A DNA stretch of 64,000 nucleotides from Candidatus Rokuibacteriota bacterium (GCA_044869815.1 JBIOXS010000189.1:5341-69340); one strand, 5' to 3'. Positions 1 through 16,295 are shown, counted from the stretch's first letter. Program-made: numbers and translations. Notes: a model not told the origin generated them from the letters alone.

Positions 1-1049
1 CCGTCGTGGTCAAGCGCCGCCTCAAGCAGGTGGACCAGTTCCGCACGATCGCCGCCGTCAAGACGCCGAACGCCGAGTACGGGCACATGGCTCTGCTCGA
101 GGTCGGCAAGGGCTGCGGCCGGGGCTGTCGCTTCTGCCTCGAAGGCCAGGTCTACCGTCCCGTCCGGCACCGCAGCGTCGCCGCGCTGCGCGAGACGGTG
201 GAGCAGCTGGCGGCGCAAGGGGAGAAGCGCATCGGCCTCGTCGGCGCCTGCGTGTCCGACTATCCCTGGATCGGCGATCTCCTCAAGGTCGTCGAGGACA
301 ACGGCATGGAGCTGTCGATCTCGTCGCTTCGCGCCGACAGCCTCACCGACCACCTCGTCGCCTCGCTGGCGCGCGGCGGTCACCGGACGCTCACCATGGC
401 GCCGGAGGCGGGCACCGAGCGTCTGCGCCGGGCCATCCGCAAGACCATCACCGATGAGCAGCTGCTGGCGGCGTGCGACCTGGTGCGCGCGCGCGGGATT
501 CCCAATCTGAAGACCTATTTCATGATCGGCCAGCCGACGGAGACGGCGGAGGACGTGGCCGCCATTCCGGACCTCGCGCGACGCATGCTGGACCGGCTAC
601 GGGTGCTCGATCCGAACGGCCGCCCCTTCGGCAAGCTCACGCTGTCGATCTCCTCGTTCGTGCCCAAGCCATGGACGCCGTTCCAGTGGGCGCCGTTCGA
701 CGGGGCCGCCTCCTTGTCGGCGAAGCTGGAGGTGATCAAGCGCGGGGTGCGGAGCTTCTCCAACGTCCGCGTGCTCCACGAGAACCCGCGCGAGGCGGCG
801 CTGCAGGCGCTGCTGGCGCGCGGCGATCGTCGTGTCGGCGACTTCCTCGAGATGGCGGCCCGCCTCGACGGCGACTGGCGGCGGGCCCTGCGCGAGTGGG
901 CCGGCGATCCGGAGTTCTACACCACGCGCGTCCGCGCCCTCGACGAGCGCTTTCCATGGGATCATTTCGACGTGGGGGTCAAGAAGGCCGGGCTGGTGCG
1001 GGAATGGGAGCGCGCGCAGGCCGATGCCGCGCCGGCGGGTGTGGCGTGA
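1..1049 (+). CDS. Radical SAM protein, probably B12-binding-domain type; 5' end lies outside the window
   Basis: ORF 6..1049 stays open to the window edge in the same frame. CGRGCRFC (CxxxCxxC) radical-SAM cluster motif sits about 35 aa into the visible part. Its TGA overlaps the moaA ATG (ATGA). Confidence 0.75.
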   Translation, partial: VVVKRRLKQVDQFRTIAAVKTPNAEYGHMALLEVGKGCGRGCRFCLEGQVYRPVRHRSVAALRETVEQLAAQGEKRIGLVGACVSDYPWIGDLLKVVEDNGMELSISSLRADSLTDHLVASLARGGHRTLTMAPEAGTERLRRAIRKTITDEQLLAACDLVRARGIPNLKTYFMIGQPTETAEDVAAIPDLARRMLDRLRVLDPNGRPFGKLTLSISSFVPKPWTPFQWAPFDGAASLSAKLEVIKRGVRSFSNVRVLHENPREAALQALLARGDRRVGDFLEMAARLDGDWRRALREWAGDPEFYTTRVRALDERFPWDHFDVGVKKAGLVREWERAQADAAPAGVA

Positions 1050-2071
1050 TGGCGACCCCCGACACGTACGGTCGCCTGCTGCGGAATCTCCGGGTCTCCA
1101 TCACGGATCGCTGCAACCTCCGCTGCGGCTACTGCATGCCCGAGGAGGAGTACGTCTGGCTGCCGCGCGAGGCGATCCTTCACTTCGAGGAGATCAGCCG
1201 ACTGGTGGATGTCTTCACCACGCTCGGCGTCGACAAGGTCCGGCTGACCGGCGGCGAGCCGCTGCTCCGCCGTGACGTGCCGGCGCTCATCCGGCTGCTC
1301 GCCGCCAAGCCGGCCCTGCGTGATCTCGCCATCACGACCAACGGCGTCTTGCTCGCCGAGCACGCCGCGGCCCTCCGCGCCGCCGGTCTGCACCGGGTGA
1401 CGGTGAGCCTCGATACCTTGCACGCCGATCGCTTCGCGGCCCTCACGCGGCGCACCAGCCACGCGCAGGTCCTCGAGGGCATCCGGAGCGTCCCGCGCGC
1501 GGGCTTCACGGGAACCAAGCTCGACACGGTCGTGATTCGCGGCGTCAACGACGACGAGCTCGCCGATCTGATCGAGTTCGGCAAGACGGTGCCGGCCGAG
1601 GTGCGGTTCATCGAGTACATGGACGTCGGCGGCGCCACCCGCTGGGCGATGGACCAGGTCGTCAGCGGCAAGGAGATGCTCGAGCGGCTCGAGCGACGCT
1701 ACGGACGGATCACGCCCGTGATCGAGGAGAGCACGGCGCCCGCCGACCGCTACGCGCTTCCGGACGGCACCGTCTTCGGCATCATCGCCTCGACCACGGC
1801 GCCCTTCTGCGCGGACTGCGATCGCAGCCGGCTCACTGCGGACGGCATGTGGTATCTCTGCCTCTATGCGCTCACCGGCGTCGACCTGCGCGGACCGCTG
1901 CGCGCCGGCGCCCCGGCCGCCGAGCTGGCGGAATTGATCGCCGGCGGCTGGGAGCGTCGTGCCGACCGCGGCGCAGAGGAGCGGCTCGCGCTCCGCGATC
2001 GTCGCCCGCTCATCCAGATCGGGGGCCTCAAGCGAGATCCCCACCTCGAGATGCATACCCGGGGAGGTTAG
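1049..2071 (+). CDS. moaA: GTP 3',8-cyclase MoaA (molybdenum cofactor biosynthesis)
   Basis: In the frame of ORF 473..2071, ATG at 1049. N-terminus [22 protein letters not shown] is the canonical MoaA radical-SAM motif. C-terminal [14 protein letters not shown] matches the second-cluster region. Confidence 0.9.
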   Translation: MATPDTYGRLLRNLRVSITDRCNLRCGYCMPEEEYVWLPREAILHFEEISRLVDVFTTLGVDKVRLTGGEPLLRRDVPALIRLLAAKPALRDLAITTNGVLLAEHAAALRAAGLHRVTVSLDTLHADRFAALTRRTSHAQVLEGIRSVPRAGFTGTKLDTVVIRGVNDDELADLIEFGKTVPAEVRFIEYMDVGGATRWAMDQVVSGKEMLERLERRYGRITPVIEESTAPADRYALPDGTVFGIIASTTAPFCADCDRSRLTADGMWYLCLYALTGVDLRGPLRAGAPAAELAELIAGGWERRADRGAEERLALRDRRPLIQIGGLKRDPHLEMHTRGG

Positions 2072-2072
2072 C

Positions 2073-2786
2073 GTGGCCGCCGCCGACGAGGGCAAGGTCG
2101 ACGTTCGCGAGCGGGGGGCGAACCAGCAGCAGTGCGAGCGCCGGCTCTTCATGCAGCTGCAAGTCCTGACGGGCTGCGCCGACGTCAAGCCGCTCGTCCG
2201 CGGCCTCGAAGCGAGCCGCCAAGAGGGCGTGCTCTACCAGGACGTGAACGATCCGCGCGGCGTCGGCATTCTCGGCATGAGCGAGGATCCGGTGTCGCTC
2301 GTGGGGCCGTTCCGCGATCTCCTCAACACCGAAGCCTTCGTCGGGCTGCCGATCCGCCCCGAGTTCACGATGCTCGGACGGACGTACTCGTCGGGCTTCG
2401 AGGCCGACCTCGAGGATTGGCTCCTGCGACGGCCGCGGCGCACGGTGTTGAATCCGGGGTGGCCGTGGGCGATCTGGTATCCGCTCCGGCGCACGGGCGC
2501 CTTCGCGCGGCTGTCGGCGAAAGAACAGGGCGAAGTGATCCGCGAGCACAGCGTGCTCGGCCGCGCCTACGGCGACGCCGACCTCGCCCATGACGTCCGC
2601 CTTGCCTGCCACGGTCTCGACGTCCACGACAATGACTTCGTCATCGGCCTGATCGGCAAGGAGCTGCACCCGCTGTCGCACCTGGTGCAGACGATGCGCA
2701 AGACCGCCCAGACCTCGCAGTACCTCCAGACGCTCGGCCCCTTCTTCATCGGCCACGTCGGCTGGCAGAGCCCGCTCCGCGCGTAG
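2073..2786 (+). CDS. Chlorite dismutase (Cld/HemQ) family protein
   Basis: In the frame of ORF 1959..2786, GTG at 2073 with SD GGGGAGG 5 nt upstream. C-terminal pattern HLVQTMRKTAQTSQYLQTLGPFFIGH resembles the Cld/HemQ family signature. Confidence 0.55.
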   Translation: MAAADEGKVDVRERGANQQQCERRLFMQLQVLTGCADVKPLVRGLEASRQEGVLYQDVNDPRGVGILGMSEDPVSLVGPFRDLLNTEAFVGLPIRPEFTMLGRTYSSGFEADLEDWLLRRPRRTVLNPGWPWAIWYPLRRTGAFARLSAKEQGEVIREHSVLGRAYGDADLAHDVRLACHGLDVHDNDFVIGLIGKELHPLSHLVQTMRKTAQTSQYLQTLGPFFIGHVGWQSPLRA

Positions 2787-2813
2787 GAGGGGGCCGCCGA
2801 GGCCCCTCCGAAC

Positions 2814-4248
2814 TTAGAGCGGCGCCGGGAGGTCGGAGCCGCCCATCAGGTAGGCGTCGACGCCGCGCGCGGCGGAGCGGCCTTCGGCGATCGCCCACAC
2901 GATCAGTGACTGACCGCGCTGCATGTCGCCGCACGCGAACACGCCGGGCACGCTCGTCATCCAACTCGCGTCGCGCCACACGTTGCCACGCTCGGTGAGC
3001 CTGACGCCGAGGTCGGTGAGCATGCCGGGCCTCTCGGGGCCGACGAAACCCATGGCCAGCAGGACGAGGTCGACGTCCAGCGTGAACTCGCTGCCCGGCA
3101 CGGGGCGGAAGTCGAGACGGCCGCCCTCGCGGATCATGTCGACCCTCACGGCCTCCAGGCGCTCGAGGCGCCCGCCGTCGCCGAGGAAGCGCTGCGTCGA
3201 CACCGCGTAGACGCGCTCGCCGCCCTCCTCGTGCGCGCCGGACACGCGGAAGATGTTCGGCCACTGGGGCCAGGGGTTGTCGGGGGCGCGCGTGTCGGGC
3301 GGCCGCGGCAGCAGCTCGAACTGATGGACGGACTGAGCCCCCTGGCGGTGGACGGTGCCGAGGCAGTCTGCGCCGGTGTCGCCGCCACCGATGATGACCA
3401 CGCGCTTGCCCTCGGCACTGATGAACGCCTCGTCCGCGATGCTATCGCCCTCGCAGCGCTTGTTCTGCAGCGTGAGGTAGTCCATCGCGAAGTGGATGCC
3501 GCCGAGCTCGCGGCCCGGGATCGGCAGGTCGCGCGGCGCGCAGGCGCCCCCGGCGAGGACGATGGCATCGAACTCGCGCCGCAGATCGGCCACGGGCACG
3601 TCGACGCCGACGTGCGCATTGGTCTGGAACACTACGCCCTGCTTTTGCAGGAGCTCGAGGCGGCGGTCGAGGAAGCGCTTCTCCATCTTGAACTCGGGGA
3701 TGCCGTAGCGGAGCAGGCCGCCGATGCGATCGGCCCGCTCGAAGACCATGACCGAATGGCCGGCGCGGTTGAGCTGCTCGGCGGCGGCGAGCCCGGCCGG
3801 CCCGGAGCCGACCACCGCGACCTTCTTGCCGGTGCGCGCGGCCGGCATCTCGGGAGTGACCCAGCCACGCTCGAACGCGTGCTCGATGATCGACACCTCG
3901 ACCGCCTTGATGGTGACGGCGTCGTCGTTGATGCCGAGCACGCACGAGCCCTCGCACGGCGCCGGGCAGAGCCGGCCGGTGAACTCCGGAAAGTTGTTGG
4001 TCGCGTGCAGCCGCTCGATGGCGTCGCGCCAGCGGTCCTTGTAGACGAGGTCGTTCCAGTCCGGGATCAGGTTGCCGAGCGGACAGCCCTGATGGCAGAA
4101 GGGCACGCCGCAGTCCATGCATCGCGCGCCCTGCTTCGAAAGCTCGGCGTCGGGGTACGGGAGGTAGACTTCCTTCCAGTCGCGCAGGCGCTCGGCCACG
4201 GGCCGGGTCGGCCACTTCTTGCGCTGGATTTCGAGAAAGCCGGTGGTC

Positions 4249-4256
<8 letters not shown>
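2814..4256 (-). CDS. gltD: Glutamate synthase small subunit (NADPH)
   Basis: ORF 2814..4256 with a GTG start. [20 protein letters not shown] Fe-S motif and [12 protein letters not shown] dinucleotide fold. Overlaps the gltB stop by 8 nt. Confidence 0.9.
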
Positions 4257-8832
<4,576 letters not shown>

Positions 8833-8861
8833 GCTCTTACCCCTTTGTGAAGAGTTGCACG

Positions 8862-8890
8862 ATAGTACTCGCCTCACCAGTATTAGTCAT
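8862..8890 (-). promoter_or_regulatory. Candidate gltB promoter on the minus strand: -35 ATGACT, 17 nt, -10 TACTAT
   Basis: AT-rich hexamers in an otherwise 70% GC context. Plus-strand agtcat at 8885-8890 and atagta at 8862-8867. About 23 nt of leader carrying the SD. Confidence 0.4.
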
Positions 8891-8932
8891 CAGGGAAAAG
8901 ACGGATGGTAGGTATCAGCCGGACTAATGGTG

Positions 8933-8938
8933 TAGAGT
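8933..8938 (+). promoter_or_regulatory. Candidate -10 box TAGAGT placed 6 nt before the LysR GTG (leaderless-type arrangement)
   Basis: Reads TAGAGT gacagc GTG(8945), with no SD in between. Confidence 0.35.
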
Positions 8939-8944
8939 GACAGC

Positions 8945-9856
8945 GTGCATCTGGAAACGCTGCGACTCTACTGCGACGTCGTCCGCCTGCGGTCCTTCTC
9001 GAAAGGCGCCGAGGAGAACTTCGTTTCACAATCGGCGGCCAGCCAGGCGGTCCAGCAGCTCGAGAGCCAGGTCGGGGCCGCCCTGATCGACCGGACGCAG
9101 CGGCCGTTCGTGGTCACCCCCGGGGGGCGCTCCCTCTACGAGGCGTGCCGCTCGATGCTCGAGGCCTGGGAGAAGGCCAAGTCCGACCTGGCGGCGGTGA
9201 AGGCGCGCGTCGACGGCACGGTCCGGGTGGCCGCCATCTACTCGGTCGGTCTGCACGACGTCAGCCGCCCGATGCAGCAGTTCTCGTCGCTGTACCCCGA
9301 CGCGCGCGTGCAGCTCGAGTGCCTGCATCCCCACAAGGTGGTCGAGGCCGTGATGAGCGGCGAAGTCGACATCGGCATCATGTCCTATCCGCCGTCGGAC
9401 CGCGCGCTCACCGTCGTGCCGCTGCGGAAGGAGCCGATGGCGGTCGTCTGCCATCCGAATCATCGCTTCGCCCGTCGACGGGTGCTCGATCCCTCCGATC
9501 TCCATGGCGTCCCCTACGTCGCCTTCGACCGGGCGCTGCCGATCCGCAAGGCGATCGACCGGATCCTCCGCCAGCACGGCGCGCGTCCGAATATCGTCAT
9601 GGAGTTCGACAACATCGAGACGATCAAGCAGGCGATCATCATCGACGCCGGCGTCAGCATCCTGCCTCGCCACACCGTCCAGAAAGAGGCCGGCGTCCGG
9701 ACGCTGGCGGCGGTAGGCTTGAGCGTGCCGGACCTGGCGCGGCCGGTGGGGATCATCCATCGACGGCAGAAGCCCCTGACACCGACGGCGACCCGGTTCA
9801 TCGAGATGCTGAAGGACGAGAGCGCGCCAGGCGCTCGAGCGCAGGAGGCCCGGTGA
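8945..9856 (+). CDS. LysR family transcriptional regulator, divergent from gltBD (GltC-like arrangement)
   Basis: ORF 8945..9856. N-terminal HTH FSKGAEENFVSQSAASQAVQQLE, with a LysR substrate-binding domain after it. Confidence 0.85.
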   Translation: MHLETLRLYCDVVRLRSFSKGAEENFVSQSAASQAVQQLESQVGAALIDRTQRPFVVTPGGRSLYEACRSMLEAWEKAKSDLAAVKARVDGTVRVAAIYSVGLHDVSRPMQQFSSLYPDARVQLECLHPHKVVEAVMSGEVDIGIMSYPPSDRALTVVPLRKEPMAVVCHPNHRFARRRVLDPSDLHGVPYVAFDRALPIRKAIDRILRQHGARPNIVMEFDNIETIKQAIIIDAGVSILPRHTVQKEAGVRTLAAVGLSVPDLARPVGIIHRRQKPLTPTATRFIEMLKDESAPGARAQEAR

Positions 9857-10383
9857 TGGACCATCTCGAGGACGATCACGACCCGATGCTCGATGACGAC
9901 GAGCTGCAGGAGATCCGCGGCGCGTTCCTGAACGATACGATCGCCACGCTCGAGCCGGCGGAGCCGATCTGCCTGCGCGAGTCAGCGACCGTGGCCGACG
10001 CCATCGCGCGCATGCTGGAGCGGCGGCAGGCCGGCGTCCTCATCGTCGACGACGCAGGCCGCCTGACCGGCATCTTCACCGAGCGCGACGTCCTGACGCG
10101 TGTCGCCGGCGCCGGGCGAGAGGCGTCACGCACCGCGCTCGGCGACGTGATGACGCCAAACCCGGAGGCGCTGTCGGCCACGGACCGGATCGCGTACGCG
10201 GTCCACTCGATGAGCGTGGCCGGCTATCGCACGGTGCCGCTGGTCGACGCCGACCGCCGTGCCGTCGGCGTGGTGACGGTGAGTGACGTCATCCGGTGGC
10301 TCGCGCACCTCTACCCGGAGGCCGTTCTGAACCTTCCTCCGGGCGACGTTCTGAAGAACCCCCACGCCATTGACGCGGGGTAG
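9856..10383 (+). CDS. CBS domain-containing protein
   Basis: In the frame of ORF 9145..10383, ATG 9856 overlaps the LysR TGA (ATGA). CBS-pair pattern AGVLIVDDAGRLTGIFTERDVLTRV and RTVPLVDADRRAVGVVTVSDV. Confidence 0.8.
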   Translation: MDHLEDDHDPMLDDDELQEIRGAFLNDTIATLEPAEPICLRESATVADAIARMLERRQAGVLIVDDAGRLTGIFTERDVLTRVAGAGREASRTALGDVMTPNPEALSATDRIAYAVHSMSVAGYRTVPLVDADRRAVGVVTVSDVIRWLAHLYPEAVLNLPPGDVLKNPHAIDAG

Positions 10384-10413
10384 GGGCGTTCCCTGCGTAA
10401 CCACTCATTAACC

Positions 10414-10442
10414 TTGCCGAAAGCGGGGGGCTTCGCTAACAT
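10414..10442 (+). promoter_or_regulatory. Candidate korAB promoter: TTGCCG, 17 nt, TAACAT
   Basis: Hexamers at 10414-10419 and 10437-10442 with exact 17-nt spacing. Implies a leader of about 110 nt with hairpins at 10449-10467 and 10484-10505. Confidence 0.35.
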
Positions 10443-10561
10443 GAACCACGCCCCGTCGAACGGGGCGGCCTCGGCGTGAATCCCCGTCCGGTCGATCGCG
10501 GACGGCGTATGCGTCTGGCCTGGACACGGCCGACGCGAACCAGAGGGGAGAGAATAGCTCG

Positions 10562-12426
10562 ATGAGCGAGACGGCGGCGCCCGCGACCGGGGCGAAGACA
10601 CGGCGAGAGCTCGATCGCGCCGTCATCCGGTTCGCCGGCGATTCCGGCGACGGCATGCAGCTGACCGGCGAGCAGTTCACCACCGAGTCGGCCTGGGCCG
10701 GCAACGACCTCGCGACCCTCCCGAACTTTCCCGCCGAGATCCGGGCTCCCGCCGGGACGCTCTTCGGTGTCTCGAGCTTTCAGCTCCAGTTCGGCAGCCA
10801 GCGCGTCTACACGCCGGGCGACCGGCTCGATTGTCTGGTGGCCATGAACCCGGCCGCGCTCAAGGTGCATCTTCGCGACCTGAAGACCGGCGGCCTGCTC
10901 ATCGTCAACACGGCGGCCTACGACAAGCGCAACCTCGACAAGGCCGGCTACAACGCCAATCCGCTCGAGGATCCGGCGCTGGCCGAGCGGTACCGCCTGC
11001 ACAAGGTCGACATGACCGGCCTCACCCACGAGGCGATCAAGGACCTGCCGCTGAACACCAAGGAAAAAGACCGGACGAAGAACTTCTTCGCGCTCGGGCT
11101 GGTCTCCTGGATCTACACGCGGCCGCTCGAGCCGACGCTCGACTGGATCGGCAAGAAGTTCGCGAAGAATCCCCAGTTCGCCGAGGCCAACACGCGCGTG
11201 CTGAAGTCCGGCCACGCCTACGGCGAGACGGCGGAGATCTTCTCCGAGCATTACGAGATCGAGCCCGCCGAGATGCCGGCCGGCGTCTACCGCGCCATGA
11301 CCGGCAATCGCGCGCTCGCCTGGGGTCTGCTGGCGGCCGCGGAGCGCTCGAAGGTGCCGATCATCTACGGCGCCTATCCGATCACACCCGCATCGAGCAT
11401 TCTCGAAGAGCTCGCGATGCACAAGCGCTTCCGCATCCGCACCATCCAGGCGGAAGACGAGATCGCGGCCGCGACCGCCGCCATCGGAGCATCGTTCGGC
11501 GGCGCCATCGGCGTGACGGGGTCGAGCGGCCCGGGTATCGCGCTCAAGGGCGAGGCGATCGGCCTGGCGGTGACGGCGGAGCTGCCGCTCGTGGTCTTCG
11601 ATATCCAGCGCGGCGGGCCGTCGACCGGCCTGCCCACCAAGACCGAGCAGGCGGATCTCATGCAGGCCATGTACGGCCGCAACAGCGAGTCCCCGGTGGT
11701 CGTGCTGGCGCCGGCGACGCCGGGCGACTGCTTCTACGTCGCGTACGAGGCGGTGCGGATCGCCGCCAAGTACATGTGCCCGGTCTTCGTGCTCAGCGAC
11801 GGGTTCCTCGCCAACGGCTCGGAGCCGTGGCTCATTCCCGACCCCGACACGCTGCCGCCGATCGACATCCAGTTCCGGACGGAGAAGGAGGGATTCTTCC
11901 CCTACCTGCGCGATCCGGCGACCCTGTCGCGGCCATGGGTTCGTCCCGGGACGCCGGGCCTCGAGCACCGCATCGGCGGCATCGAGAAACAGGACGTGAC
12001 CGGCAACATCTCCTACGATCCGGACAACCACGATCACATGGTCCGCACCCGCGCCGAGAAAGTGCGACGGGTGGCCCAGGAGATCCCGCCGACCACGATC
12101 AACGGGCCGGCCACCGGTGACCTGCTCGTCGTCGGCTGGGGCGGGACCTACGGGTCGATCACGGCCGCCGTGGAGCGCGCGCAGGCGGCAGGGCGCTCGG
12201 TGGCGTCGATCCACCTGCGCCACCTGAATCCGCTGCCGCCCGATCTCGGTCACATCCTCCGTGAGTACCGCAAGGTGCTCGTGCCGGAGATCAACAGCGG
12301 GCAGCTGGTGCGCGTGCTGCGCGCGGAGTACCTCGTGGACGCCGTCGGTTTCAACCGCGTGCGCGGGCTGCCCCTGGCGAGCGAGGAGATCTTCGAGGCG
12401 ATCAACCAACTCATCGGGAGCCCAGC

Positions 12427-12430
<4 letters not shown>
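10562..12430 (+). CDS. korA: 2-oxoglutarate/2-oxoacid:ferredoxin oxidoreductase alpha subunit (fused gamma-alpha type)
   Basis: ORF 10562..12430 with SD GAGGGGAGAG upstream. IRFAGDSGDGMQLTG N-terminus and YPITPAS motif typical of the OFOR alpha subunit. Confidence 0.88.
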
Positions 12431-13461
<1,031 letters not shown>

Positions 13462-13485
13462 CCCTCCCGGGCAGGCGATCCCCCC

Positions 13486-13526
13486 ACTTGCCGGTCCGCC
13501 GCGTCGGGACCGGCAAGTTGCTTTTG
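13486..13526 (+). terminator. Rho-independent terminator after korB
   Basis: Perfect 12-bp stem ACTTGCCGGTCC (13486-13497) / GGACCGGCAAGT (13507-13518) with a 9-nt loop, followed by TGCTTTTG. Confidence 0.7.
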
Positions 13527-13546
13527 GGCGACGCAGGGATCGAGTG

Positions 13547-14992
13547 ATGGCACTCAGCGGCATCGTCGCAACCGAGCTTCAGCGGATCGTCGGCGCCGAC
13601 GGCGTGTTCACGTCGCGCGAGGCGCGGCTGACCTACGACGCGGACATGCACACGCTCTACAAAGGTGAGCCCGACGCGGTCGTGCTTCCGCGCTCCACCG
13701 AGCAGGTCCGCGACGTCGTGCGCCTCTGCCGCCGCGAGCGCATTCCGGTCGTGCCCCGCGGCTCGGGCACCGGCCTCATCGGCGGCGCCATGGCGCCGCG
13801 AGGCGGCGTGATGGTCTCCATGACCCGCATGACCGAGATCCTCGAGGTGGACCTGACCAATCGGACGGCGACCGTGCAGCCCGGCCTCGTCAATCTGTGG
13901 CTCACCAACGCCGTGCGCGACCGCGGGTACTTCTTCGCGCCCGACCCGTCGAGCCAGATGGTGTCGTCGATCGGCGGCAACGTCTCGACGAACGCCGGGG
14001 GCCCGCACTGCCTGAAGTACGGGATCACGACGAACCACGTGCTGGGGCTCGAGTTCGTCACGGGCACCGGCGAGGTCATCCGCGTCGGCGGCAAGGCCGC
14101 CGATCGGCCGGGCTACGATCTGCCCGGCACGATGGTCGGCGCCGAGGGCACGTTCGGGCTCGTGACGGCGGTGACGGTGCGGCTGCTCCATGTCCCCGAG
14201 GCGGTGAAGACGGTGCTGGCGGCCTTCGCCACCGTCGTGGATGCCTCGGAGGCCGTCTCGGCCATCATCGCGGCCGGCATCGTCCCCGCCGCGCTCGAGA
14301 TGCTCGACGAGGCCATGGTCGGCGCCATCAACGCCGCCGTGGGCAAGGTCTATCCCGACGGCGCCGGCGCCGTGCTCCTGATCGAGCTCGACGGGCCGCG
14401 CGCCGAGGTCGACGCTCAGGGCGAGCGTATCGCCGCGATCTGCCGCGAGCGGCAGGCGCTGTTCGTCACCGTCGCCCGTGACGAGCTCGAGCGCGCGCTC
14501 CTGTGGAAGGGCCGCAAGGAGGCGGCGGGCGCCATCGGACGGATCGCCTCCGCGTACCTGTTGCAGGATGCCGTCGTGCCGCGCTCGAAGCTGCCACAGA
14601 TCATGCGCGAGATGGTCGCCATCGGCCGGCGCTACGGCCTCATGATCGCCAACGTGTTCCACGCCGGCGACGGCAACTTGCACCCGATGATCTGCTACGA
14701 CGATCGCAAGCCCGAGGAGCTGGCGCGCGCGCAGGAAGCCAACGAAGAGCTGCTCCGCGCCTGCATCGCGCTGGGCGGCAGTGTCACCGGGGAGCATGGG
14801 GTCGGGATGGACAAGGCGAAGAACCTGCCGCTGCAATACGCCGACGCGGATCTCAACTTCATGTACCGGCTGCGGCGCGTGTTCGATCCCGACGGCCTCA
14901 TGAATCCCGCCAAGCTCTTGCCGTCGCATCCGGCCTGCGGCGAGGGCTTCCGTCCGACGCGGCCGAAGCTCCCGGACGGCGCGTGGGTGTGA
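13547..14992 (+). CDS. glcD: FAD-linked oxidase, glycolate oxidase subunit GlcD-like
   Basis: ORF 13544..14992. ATG 13547 preferred (SD AGGGA 7 nt upstream). FAD-binding PCMH domain PRGSGTGLIGGA and C-terminal GEHGVG motif. Confidence 0.85.
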   Translation: MALSGIVATELQRIVGADGVFTSREARLTYDADMHTLYKGEPDAVVLPRSTEQVRDVVRLCRRERIPVVPRGSGTGLIGGAMAPRGGVMVSMTRMTEILEVDLTNRTATVQPGLVNLWLTNAVRDRGYFFAPDPSSQMVSSIGGNVSTNAGGPHCLKYGITTNHVLGLEFVTGTGEVIRVGGKAADRPGYDLPGTMVGAEGTFGLVTAVTVRLLHVPEAVKTVLAAFATVVDASEAVSAIIAAGIVPAALEMLDEAMVGAINAAVGKVYPDGAGAVLLIELDGPRAEVDAQGERIAAICRERQALFVTVARDELERALLWKGRKEAAGAIGRIASAYLLQDAVVPRSKLPQIMREMVAIGRRYGLMIANVFHAGDGNLHPMICYDDRKPEELARAQEANEELLRACIALGGSVTGEHGVGMDKAKNLPLQYADADLNFMYRLRRVFDPDGLMNPAKLLPSHPACGEGFRPTRPKLPDGAWV

Positions 14993-14996
14993 CGGC

Positions 14997-16295
14997 GTGA
15001 GCGTCACGACGCGCTCGCTGGCCGGCGCGCTCGCGGCCGTGGTCGGCGCCGACGGAGTCCGCGACGACGCCGCGACGCTCTCCCAGGCCGCCGTCGACGG
15101 GCTGACGCCGCGCTCGGTGGTCTCCCCGGCGACGCCGGAGCAGCTCGCGCAGGTGCTCGCGCTGGCGCGGGCGGAGGAGCTCGCAGTGGTGCCCCGCGGC
15201 AGCGGGGTCAACCTCGAGCAGGGAGCCCCGCCGCGCCGCGTCGATCTCGTCGTCGATCTGCGCCGCCTCGACGCGATGGTGGAGCACAATCCCGACGACC
15301 TCACGATCAGCGTGCAGGCGGGGATGACGGCGGGGGCGCTGGCCGCTCGCCTCGCGCCGCATCGCCAGACGTTGCCGCTCGACCCGCCCGGCTGGAGCGC
15401 GCGCACGCTCGGCGGCATCGCCGCCACCCAGGCGAGCGGACCGCTCCGGATGCGCTACGGCACGATGCGCGATCTGCTCCTGGGCGTCCGCTTCGTCCAG
15501 GCCGACGGAGTCCTGACCTGGGGCGGCGCGCGGGTGGTGAAGTCCGTGACCGGCTACGACGTCCCCAAGCTCATGGTCGGCGCCCTCGGCACGCTCGGCG
15601 TCCTCGTGGAGCTGACACTCCGCCTGCATCCGGCGCCCGACGTCGAGGCGACCTGGCTGGCGACGTTTCCCTCGACGGCGCAGGCCCAGGAGTGTGTCGC
15701 GATGCTGCTCGACTCCGCGGTGCAGCCGAGCCGCCTGGAAATGCTCGATGACCGGGCGCTCGCCGGCTGCGGCCTGCCCGTGGCCGCCGCCGCCCTCGCC
15801 GTCTCCATCGCCACCGTCGAGCCGGCGGTGCGCGCGCAGGGAGCGGCCGTGGCCGAGTTCGTCCGGCGTGTCGGCGGCGGCATCGAGACGATCGACGCGA
15901 GCATCTGGAACGCTTACGATCGAATGCTCGCCGCCCCCGGCGGCGTGACGCTGCGCATCGGTACCGTGCCCTTCCGGCTCGCGGCGACCTTCGCCGAGAC
16001 GCGAAGCGCGCTCGACACGGTGGCGGTCGCCGGCTGCGCGGGGCTGGGCGCGCTGCGGGCGCGCGTCGAGGGCGGCGACGTGCCCGCCCTCTCGCGTGGC
16101 ATCGAGCGGCTGCGCGCATTCGTGTCCGAGGTCGACGGCGGCGTGATCATCGAGCGCGCGCCGCGAGCGCTGCGTGAGGCCGTCGATCCGTGGGGCCCGG
16201 TCGCGGCGCCGGCACTCGCCGTGATGCGCGCGATCAAGCGGGAGTTCGATCCGGCCGGCGTGCTGAATCCCGGCCGTTTCGTGGACGGACTCTGA
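14997..16295 (+). CDS. glcE: FAD-binding oxidoreductase, glycolate oxidase subunit GlcE-like
   Basis: ORF 14997..16295 with a GTG start. PRGSGVNLEQG FAD-binding domain. Position between glcD and glcF. Confidence 0.75.
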   Translation: MSVTTRSLAGALAAVVGADGVRDDAATLSQAAVDGLTPRSVVSPATPEQLAQVLALARAEELAVVPRGSGVNLEQGAPPRRVDLVVDLRRLDAMVEHNPDDLTISVQAGMTAGALAARLAPHRQTLPLDPPGWSARTLGGIAATQASGPLRMRYGTMRDLLLGVRFVQADGVLTWGGARVVKSVTGYDVPKLMVGALGTLGVLVELTLRLHPAPDVEATWLATFPSTAQAQECVAMLLDSAVQPSRLEMLDDRALAGCGLPVAAAALAVSIATVEPAVRAQGAAVAEFVRRVGGGIETIDASIWNAYDRMLAAPGGVTLRIGTVPFRLAATFAETRSALDTVAVAGCAGLGALRARVEGGDVPALSRGIERLRAFVSEVDGGVIIERAPRALREAVDPWGPVAAPALAVMRAIKREFDPAGVLNPGRFVDGL

